DNA from: the human T2T-CHM13v2.0 reference genome, Homo sapiens
DNA length: 64,000 bases
Assembly: GCF_009914755.1 (NCBI RefSeq)
Contig: NC_060927.1
Reading direction: 5' to 3' (one strand)
Below are positions 53,878 through 64,000 of this stretch, one piece after another (the first letter of the stretch is position 1; each line of letters begins with the position of its first letter). The position numbers and the translations under genes are program-made. Under the pieces are notes generated by a model. It did no database searches and was not told the DNA's origin. It saw nothing but the letters and a program-made list of their open reading frames with translations.

Positions 53878-54760
53878 ATGTACATACCTTAATTTAAAAT
53901 ATTTTATTGCTAAAAAATTGCTAATGATCATCTGAGCCTTTAGCAAGTCATAATATCTTTGCTGGTGAAGGTTCTTGCCTCAGTGTGGATGGCTGCTGAC
54001 AGATCAGGGTGGGGGTTGCTGAAAGTTGGAGTGGCTGTGGAAATTTCTTTAAAAAAGACAACAATGAACTTTGTTGCATTGATTGATTTTTCCTTTCATG
54101 AAAGATTTATCTGTAGCATGTGATGCTGTTTGATAGCATTTTACCTACAGTAAACTTCTTTCAAAATTAAAGTTAATCCCCTCCAACCCTGCTGCTGCTT
54201 TATCAAATAAGTTTATGTAACATTCTAAATCCTTTTGTTGTCACTGCAACAATGTTCACAGCATCTTTGCCAGGAGTAGATTCCATCTCAAGAAACAAGT
54301 TTTTTTGCTCATCCATAAGAATCAACTCCTAAACCATTCAAGTTTTATCATGAGATTGCAGCAATTCAGTCAGACCTTCAGGCTCCACTTCTAATTCTAG
54401 TTCTCTTGCTAATTCCACCACATCTGCAATAACTTCCTCCATGGAAGTCTTAAACCCCTCAATGTCATTCACGAGGGCTGGAGTGAACTTCTTTCGAATT
54501 CCTGTTCATGTTGCTATTTTGGCCTCCTTCCATGAATCATAAATGTTCTTAATGACATCTAGAATCCTTTCCAGAGGATTTTCCATTTATTTTGCCCAGA
54601 TCCATTGGAGAAATCATTATCTATGGCAACTATAGCTTTATGGAATGGATTTCTACAAATAATAAGGTTTGAAAGTCAAAATTACTCCTGGATCCATGGG
54701 CTACAGAATGGATATTGTATTATTAGCAGGCAGGAAAACATTAATCCCTTTGTACGTCTC

Positions 54761-55383
54761 TGTTGGGATTCACTCAGGATGGTGGCAGAAATATTAAAGG
54801 GAAATATTAGGGAAAGTTATAGGGAATAGTCACAAACCTCTCTGGAAGGCTGAAAGGTTACATAGCTTGTAATAATTGAACAGGCTGAAGGCTGCCGGTT
54901 CTTACCTTAGAGCATTAAGTCATAGGTTAAATACTAGGGACAATAGAGGCTTCCCCAGTTAAGTCTGTTTACCCTACCTCCATTAACTAACCTTTGAGCC
55001 AGATGGCCCTGGGGGGGTGGCGGGAGAGGTCTACCAGGAAAATTGCCCCCAATGGTATTTACTTTAGACCACAGTACCTGAGCTTTAATCATTCGTAGAA
55101 CTACTCTCTTAACCATGTTAATTATCCACAAGTGTGTTGACTCAAAGCTTCCATTGTTAATTCTACACTAAATAAATGCCTGGAGTGCGAACCGTTCAGG
55201 GCAACACCTGCCATTCTTTACAGGACTCTTCTTGGAGTCTGTGAGTGGCCTCGGACCCTCAGCTGGACTGGCAAAGCAGAATATCTGTGTGTCAGTGTAT
55301 GTTTATTCATCCGTCACCAAATCAGGGGTCTGCAGGAACAGACCCTCTGCAGCTAGTGCTCCCAAGAAAGGAGCGCTGCCTCA
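54761..55383 (+). mobile_element. ERVK-class solo LTR (LTR22-like, HERV-K HML-5) inside Tigger1
   Basis: TG...CA termini, 623 bp, 6-bp TSD cgtctc/catctc, AATAAA near 55171; start tgttgggattcactcaggatggtggcagaaatattaaag matches recalled LTR22. Confidence 0.75.
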
Positions 55384-56778
55384 CATCTCCATCACAGCTC
55401 ATGGGTAACCAGATGCTTTGTGAATGAGTGGTAATATTTTGAAAGGAATATTTTTTTCTGAGCAACAGGTCTCAAGAGTGGGCTTAAAATATTCAGTAAA
55501 CCATGTTATAAACAGATATGCCTTCATCCGGGCTTTGGTTTTCCATTTGTAGAGCACAGGCAGAGTAGATTTAGCTTAATTCTTAGGACTTTAGGGTTTT
55601 CAGAATGGTAAATAAGCATTGGCTTCAACTCAAAGTCACCAGCTGACTTAGCCCCTAACAAGAGAGTCAGCCTGTCCTTTGAAGCTCTGAAGCCAGGCAT
55701 TGACTTCTCTTCTCTAGCTGTGAAATTTCTAGGGGGCATCTTCCTCCAATGGAAGTCTGTTTTGTCTACACTGAAAATCTGTTTTTTAGTGTAGCCACTT
55801 TCACAAATGATCTTAGCTAGATCTTCTAGAAAACTTGCTGCAGCTTCTCCATCACTTACAGTTTCACCTTTCACTTTCGTGTTATAGAAACAGCTTCTTT
55901 TCTTAAACCTCATTAGTCAAACTCCGTTGGTGTCAGACTTTTCTTCTACAGCTTCCTTACTTCTCTCAGCCTTCATAGAATTGAAGAGAGTTAGGGCCTT
56001 GCCCTGGATTAGGTTTTGGTTTAAGGAAATGTTGTGGCTGGTTTGATCTTCTATCCAGACCACTCAAACTCTCTCCATATCAGTGATAAGGCTGTTCACC
56101 CTCTTATTTATATGTTCACTGGAGTAACACTATTAATTTCCTTCAAGAACTTTTCCTTTGCATTCGCAACTTGGCTAACTGTTTGGTGCAAGAGGCCTAG
56201 CTTTTGGCCTGTGTTGGCTTTCAACACGCCTGCCTCACTAAATTTAATCTAGATATTAAAGCTAGAAATAGTTTCTGATTTGAAGCAAGAGATCTGCGAC
56301 TCTTCCTTTCACTTGAACACCAAGAGGCCACTGTAGGGTTATTAGTTGATCTGATTTCAATATTGCTGTGTTTCAGGGAATAGGGAGGCCAAAGAAGATG
56401 GAGAGATGCAAGAAGACCCGGTCAAACTTAATTTACCAATTAAGTTTGCCATCTTACATGGGAGTAGTTCATGATGCCCCAAAACAATTACAATAGTGAC
56501 AACAAAAATCACTAATTGCAGATCACCATAACAGATAAATCATAATGAAAAAGCTTGAAATATTGTAAGAACGACCAAAATGTGACACAGAGACATGAAT
56601 TGAGCACATGCTGTTGGAAAAATGACAACAACAGACTTGCTCAAGGCAGGGTTGCCACAAACTTTCCATTTGTAAAGGACACAGTATCAACGAAGCTCAA
56701 TAAAGTGAAGTGCACTAACATGAGGGGTGCCTTTATTCAGATAACACATGAAAATGTTATAAAACATCCAACCATTAG

Positions 56779-57122
<344 letters not shown>

Positions 57123-57540
57123 CTATTATCCTTCCTCTCCTACTTTCCTTGGAAGTTAGCACTGATAAAACACAAGACATACATATATTTACTTACCAAC
57201 ACCTTTTGTTTTGTGAATGGACTCATTCTAGGCCCATTTGCTTTTATTTTTAGTTAACAAAATTCCTAGGCGATTTTTTAAAATCTCAGTATACATATCT
57301 CTTACATATTCTTGTAAGACATTATGGAGAAGCGGCTGGCTGTGTGTGCTAGCCTCCGACTAGTCATGATCCTGATTTTGCCACTTCCTAATTGTCTGAT
57401 CTTGACCAAATCCCTTAAACTCTGTGTGCCTCAGTTATTCATCTGTGAACTAGGGATAAAAAAAGTATGCGTCTTAGAGTGGTGGAAGGGAAGAGAAATG
57501 ATAAAATATAAGTAAGCATTTAGTAAATTTAGCAACTTTT

Positions 57541-57740
57541 CTTCTTTTAAGAGACAGGTTCTCGCTCTGTCAACCAGGCGGGAGTGCAGTGGCATGATCA
57601 TGGCTCACTGAAACTCAAACTCCTTGGCTCAAATGATCATCCCACCTCAGCCTCCCAAGTAGCTAGGACTGCAGGTGAGCACCCTGCCAAGGTAATTTTT
57701 TTTTAGAGACGAAGTCTTACAATGTTGCTGAGGCTGGTCA
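57541..57740 (-). mobile_element. AluJ-type fragment
   Basis: gagacaggttctcgctctgtc...cctcagcctcccaagtagctaggact. Confidence 0.8.
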
Positions 57741-57795
57741 TATTATTATTTTATTACTATTAATTATATATTAGCTGGTACATAATATTCCATAG

Positions 57796-58151
57796 TGTTC
57801 TGGGCTACATATTTGTGTACCCTGAGAATTCCTGTTGAAATCCTAAACCTCAATGAGATGGTTTCAGGAGATGGGGCCTTTGGGAAGTGATTAGTTCATG
57901 TAAATCCTCATAATGGGTTTAATACTCTTGTAAAAGAGACTCCCCCGCAAAAAAACAGAGACCTCAGAGCTCTTGGCCCTTTCTTTAAGAAGACAGCAAT
58001 ATATGAACCATAAAATGGTGCTCCCCAGCTACCAAATCTGCTGGCACCTTGAACTAGGACTTCCCAGCCTCCAGAACTGTATGAAGTAAATGTCTGTGGT
58101 TTAAGCCACCCAGCCTATGGTACTTTTGTTATAGTAGCCTGAACTATAACA
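57796..58151 (+). mobile_element. MLT1A-type MaLR LTR
   Basis: gttgaaatcctaa...ggggcctttgggaagtgattag...ctggcaccttgaactaggacttcccagcctccagaactgt...aagccacccagcctatggtac. Confidence 0.8.
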
Positions 58152-58670
58152 GGGATTTTGTATCATAACTTATGCAACTATGTTTCTGTAACTAAGAAAC
58201 ATAGTATGGATGTATCATAAATTATGTAGTAACTACCTTATTAATGGACACTTGAGTTGTTTTCTAGTTTTCTCTATTGCAAACAATATTGTAATGAACA
58301 CTCTAGCATATATGTCTTTATGTCCATATTTAAGCAAGTTTTTTAAGATCTATTCCCAGCAGGAGAGTGAAAATCAGTTAACTTCCAAAGTCTCCTGGAG
58401 TTCACAGCTTTGATTGATTTGTACATGGGTGCTAAATTAAGAGAGATAAAAACTGAGAGACAATCTCTCCTAGAGAGATACACATAGTGTTGGCATAAGT
58501 ACTATGAAAAAAATTAAAAGCTGTGTGAGTGGATAGGAGGGAATTGGGGAATGATGTGTGGGACACTCTAGATAACAAAGACTTCTCCATGGGGATGAAA
58601 TTAGCAAAGGGACCTGAATGAAGTAAAAGACTAAACACAGCAAATGATTTACAAAATATGTGGGACCAGC

Positions 58671-59241
<571 letters not shown>

Positions 59242-59735
59242 TCACCTATACGTGGTCTTGCCTTGTCTTGGGGTTCCCCCACATGTCTGTCTTATCCTAC
59301 CTTGAACATAATCTGTTTGCAGGCAGGGCTTAATTCCATATGCTTAGTAGTCCCACAGTTTCCCACCAGGACAGGGTCCTGGGTTGTATATTCCATAGGC
59401 ATTCAAATGTTAAATGGCTCAGATGAGGCAGCTGCTCTAATTAAATAATCCCTGAAGTTCTTATGCAACATGGCCCTTGGGCTCTTGTATTCACTGAGTA
59501 GAACTCAGTGACAGGGGAACCTGACTGGGGGGCATTCAGATGTGTATTCTGCAGTTATCAGTATTGTGAACAGAATGAATTTTTTAACTAGCACCTATGC
59601 TTTAGCCAAAGAAGGCTATTTCATGCTGGAGCAGTCTGTTAGATGTGGAGTCCATGCTTTTAGGTAGAGGCCTAGAGTTATCTGAGGGTTTATAGAACGT
59701 ATTTTGCACTTGTGTGTTTTGTTTTGGGTTTCAAT

Positions 59736-60285
59736 TGTACCAATTCGGATGCTTTGGGCTCCAAGCAAGGAAAAAACAAACTTAAACTGGCTTAAAAATA
59801 AAGAAACTGTATTATCTCATGAAACAATTCTTCAGGTGTTTGACTCCATGGGGGTAATTTATTTGGGTATTCAAAGACACCATCGATCCAGATTCTTTTT
59901 ATTTTTCTGCTTTTCTGTCCTCCATAAGGCAAGGTGGCCCTCTGATCATGAGATCAGGTCAGCTTCTCTCATGATCTCAAGGTGCTACCACACTTAGGCA
60001 GATATGACAATATCCAGCAAAAATATAAACCAAACGAGGGACTATGCCTTAGGGTGTATCTCATCCTCTAGGAAAACTTAGAAGCTCTCAAGATTTTTCA
60101 CTTCTGATTACCCATAACTGAGTCACATGTGCATGTTTAAGTCAATATCTGTCAAGGGAAGGGGCCTACCACCATTGGCATGGGTGACAGGGATTCAGCC
60201 CATTTCTCACGGAGGAAGGTGGATACCTAAACCAAGCTGGAGTTTCGTTAGAGAGGAGGAAGGCATAAAGGTTGTTGGGGTTTGG
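59736..60285 (-). mobile_element. Old MaLR LTR (MLT1K/L-like)
   Basis: ggatgctttgggctccaagcaaggaaaa...aactggcttaaa...gtattatctca; aactgagtcacatg. Confidence 0.55.
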
Positions 60286-60289
60286 GTAC

Positions 60290-60658
60290 TACATTAGCTT
60301 GCTAGGGTAACTGTAACAAAATACTAGAGACTAGGTGGCTTAAACAACAAAAATTTATTTTCTCACAGCTTCAGAGGCTAGAAGTTTAAGATCAAGGTGT
60401 CGGCAGAGTTGATTTCTTCTAAGGTCTCTCTTATTGGCTTGTAGATGGCCATCTTCTCTCTATGTCTTCACGTGGTCTTCCCTTTATATATGTCTGCGTC
60501 CAACTTTCCTCCTTTCATAAGGACACCAGTCCTATCAAATTAGGCCCACCCATATAACCTTATTTTAACTCAATTACCTCTTTAAAATTGCTATCTCCAA
60601 ATAATCATATCCTGAACTCCAGCATGTGAATTTGGGGAGACATAATCAGCACTTAACA
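60290..60658 (-). mobile_element. MLT1B-type MaLR LTR
   Basis: ggtggcttaaacaacaaaaatttattttctcacag...agatcaaggtgtcggcag...ataaggacaccagtc. Confidence 0.8.
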
Positions 60659-60862
60659 GGTACCAGTGATGACTGCCACTAGTTATTTGCAGAGCATATA
60701 AAGAACCAAAAAGAAGAAAATCCAAATTACTTGTAATCTCATCACCCATAGGGACCCACTCTATATACCTTCTAGTCATTTCTTATGTGTACACAGCTAA
60801 CACAGACATACGTCCTTTTTAACAAAATAGGATCCTACTGTGCCTACTGTTTTGCAGTCTAC

Positions 60863-61157
<295 letters not shown>

Positions 61158-61779
61158 GCAGCCTACTTTTTTATTTCATCATATCTTGAACATCTTTCCA
61201 TGTCAATTATATTTTTTAACATATGGATTTACCACTGTTTTCTTAACTAATATGTGTTCTTAGGTACTTAGGGGGTCTCCACTTTTTATTATAAACAACA
61301 CTGCAATGAACATCTTTATAACTAGATCATGTTGCATCTCTATCATTACTTTTTATAAGATCAATTCCTAGAAGTGGAATTTGTCAGTTAATCTTCCCTG
61401 AAATGCTGAGTCAGGAAGCCCCAGGCTTTACAGTTGTCGTGTCACCACAAGTTACCTTCACCACGAAATAGAGACCCAGAAAAGGCAGAGAAGACCCCAG
61501 GGAGTTGCTCCTCTGCTCCACAGGATTCTTTTAGCCCCCAGAGAGTGAAGGATCTGTCATTCATTTTTTCACCCCACGTTTTGCTTTATAATTAAAGAAA
61601 CATGTACAAAAAATGCATGTTTTAGGGGCCAGGAAGCAAAGAGCTTCACATTCATGCTACTTTATCATCATGCTTTTATAAATAAGTTTCTAAGTCTAAA
61701 AAGAAAACAAAATATACACACATCCCCATAGAAAAATCTTCCATGCCTGGGATATAATGTGAGCACCAGAATGGGGTGA

Positions 61780-62160
61780 TGTCTTAGTCCATTCAGGCTG
61801 CTATAAAAAAATACCACAAACAGGGTGGCTTATGAACAACAGAGATTTATTTCTCACAATTCTACAGGCTGAGAAGTCCAAGATCAAGGCACCAGCAGAT
61901 TTAGTGTCTGGTGAGGGCCTGCTTTTTCACAGATGCGACCTTCTCTCTGTGTCTTCACATGGTGGAAGGAAAGGCCTCTCCAGGGCCTCTTACAAGGACA
62001 CTAGTGCCATTCATGGGGGTTCTACCTCGTGACATAATTACCTCCCAAAGGCCCCACCATAATCACCTCGAAAAGTTCCCTAATACCATGACATTGGGGG
62101 TTAAGATTTCAACATATTAATTTGGAGGGTAGGGAAGACATAAACATTCAGTCCATTACA
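61780..62160 (-). mobile_element. MST-type (MSTD-like) MaLR LTR
   Basis: tgtcttagtccattcaggctgctataa...gaagtccaagatcaaggcaccagcagatt...cacctcccaaaggcccc-like...aaacattcagtccatt. Confidence 0.8.
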
Positions 62161-62780
62161 CAGAAAGCACACAGGGCAGGGTGTGGGTTAATTTAAATGG
62201 TTGGCTCTGGCTCTGTGATTCTATACACTGGTTCTCTCATATGTCACTGTCAACGACATTCATTTGCACAACAATAAAAATGATATTTGACATAAGAGGC
62301 TTTCTGGAAGGTTAAGTCTTTACATCCATATTAGGTTTATTTCCAAATATTGAAAATGACCATAGAATAATGTTGTTATTTATAAAGTCTCTTTCTAATA
62401 ATTCTTATTTGAATTTTTAGATCAGTTCTTACAGTCATTTTTTCTGAAAGGACTTTTACGTCTGCAGAGTCAAATGCGCCCTCTACTTAAAACCGCCTAC
62501 CATCCTCAAAATAATAAAAACTGGACGTAAGCTGTCTGAGGGCAGGGCCATTTCTGTTTTGTTCATTGCCTGGAGCATAGTTGATGTCTGATGAATATTT
62601 GTAAAGAGAAAAAATAATGATGCATAGGTAGCATTTACAGAGCACTTGGCATGTGCCAAGAACCGTGCTAAGACTGCACATACATTATCTCATAGCAGTC
62701 CCATAAGGGAAGGGCTATCATTTCCTCCAATTAAACATAATGAAATAGAGGCTGAAAGGGGTTTTTAAAAATTTTCTCTT

Positions 62781-63163
<383 letters not shown>

Positions 63164-63389
63164 TTAACTATGAGTCTATGAAGAAGAAATTCAAAATACT
63201 AGTAACACTCAGCACCTTAACAGAGGATAATCCCAAAAAGAAGCCATAGAATTGAAGATTTTGAGTGCTATATGTCTATCTGTATTTCCAAGAGCATTAT
63301 GAAATGAATCATCCTCACCAATCATTGGACAATTCATTATTTCAGTCATTTCAACAAGGCAACAACCAATTGGCATAGTACATTTATTT

Positions 63390-63676
63390 TTAAAATAATC
63401 AAGGATTATGTAAAAATTCTAAATATATATGAGCACCTAGATATATAAAGCAAACACTATTAGAGCTAAAGAGAGAAATGACCCTAACGTAATAATAGCT
63501 GGAGACCCCACTTTCAGTGGGGTAATAATAGCTCAACACCCCACTTTCAGCATTGGACAGATCATCCAGACAGAATATCAACAAAGAAACATTGGACTTT
63601 ATCTGCACTATAAACCAAATGGACCTGATAGATATTTATGAACATTTCATCCAACAGCTGCAGAATACACATTCTT
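63390..63676 (+). mobile_element. L1M ORF2 endonuclease-region relic
   Basis: gagcacctagatatataaagcaaa...caacaccccactttcagcattggacagatcatccagacaga...ccaacagctgcagaatacacattctt. Confidence 0.85.
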
Positions 63677-63788
63677 TTTTCTGTTTGTTTGTTTTTTGAG
63701 ACAGGATCTCACTCTATTGCCCAGGCTGGAGTGCAGTAACACAATCACAGCTCACTGCAGCCTAAATCTCCTGGGCTCATGCAAGCCT

Positions 63789-63820
<32 letters not shown>

Positions 63821-64000
63821 CCCCTGGACAGGGTCTGGCTCTGTTGCCCAGGCTGGAGTGCAGTGGTGCTAGCTGGTTCACTGCAACCTCTATCTCCTGG
63901 GTTCAAGTGATTCTCATGCCTCAGACTACCAAGTAGCTGAGGCTACAGGCATGCACCACATGCCTGGCTAATTTTTATATTTTTAGTAGAGACGGGGTTT
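63677..64000 (-). mobile_element. AluJ fragment (63677-63790) interrupted by a second reverse Alu (63791 to window end)
   Basis: Two consecutive reverse right-arm ends; T30 run at 63791-63820. Confidence 0.85.

Larger units (their letters stand above)
53422..56733 (-). mobile_element. Tigger1 (TcMar/pogo) DNA transposon, near full length, with decayed transposase
   Basis: Both ends present (caggtgtacctcggagatattgc... and ...catgaggggtgcct); ORF 55524-55913 gives Tigger/CENP-B-family peptide ([16 protein letters not shown]...[21 protein letters not shown]); ~2.4 kb after removing inserts. Confidence 0.92.

Noticed and set aside
55524-55913. 129-aa transposase-like ORF as a domesticated TIGD-type gene
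   Set aside because: Drifts out of frame after HSENP, is a short piece of the transposase, and the coding region is interrupted by an LTR

Overview
Primate (human-like) genomic DNA with no protein-coding exon that I can support. The central feature is a CpG island (~26.2-27.2 kb) with a probable minus-strand promoter and first exon (5' splice donor AAG|GTGAGA at 26672/26671). On that reading, positions 1-26671 are the 5' part of a long first intron and 27.2-64 kb is upstream intergenic DNA. I could not identify the gene. The rest is interspersed repeat: about 30 Alu elements or fragments, MIR and L2 relics, MaLR LTRs (THE1, MST, MLT1), ERVL LTRs (LTR33/LTR16-like), hAT relics, a 1.4-kb twin-primed L1PA insertion, a near full-length Tigger1 carrying an LTR22-like solo LTR, and a 300-bp compound purine microsatellite. 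All long ORFs in the track come from repeats or GC-rich sequence. I found no new multi-gene system. The best leads are regulatory: an AP-1 plus tandem-TEAD element in the promoter, a convergent CTCF doublet at 53.35 kb, a splice-spanning ATG in exon 1, and a kB plus GAS cluster. Several retrotransposition structures are also unusual. Repeat subfamily names come from recalled consensus sequences and need RepeatMasker/Dfam confirmation.
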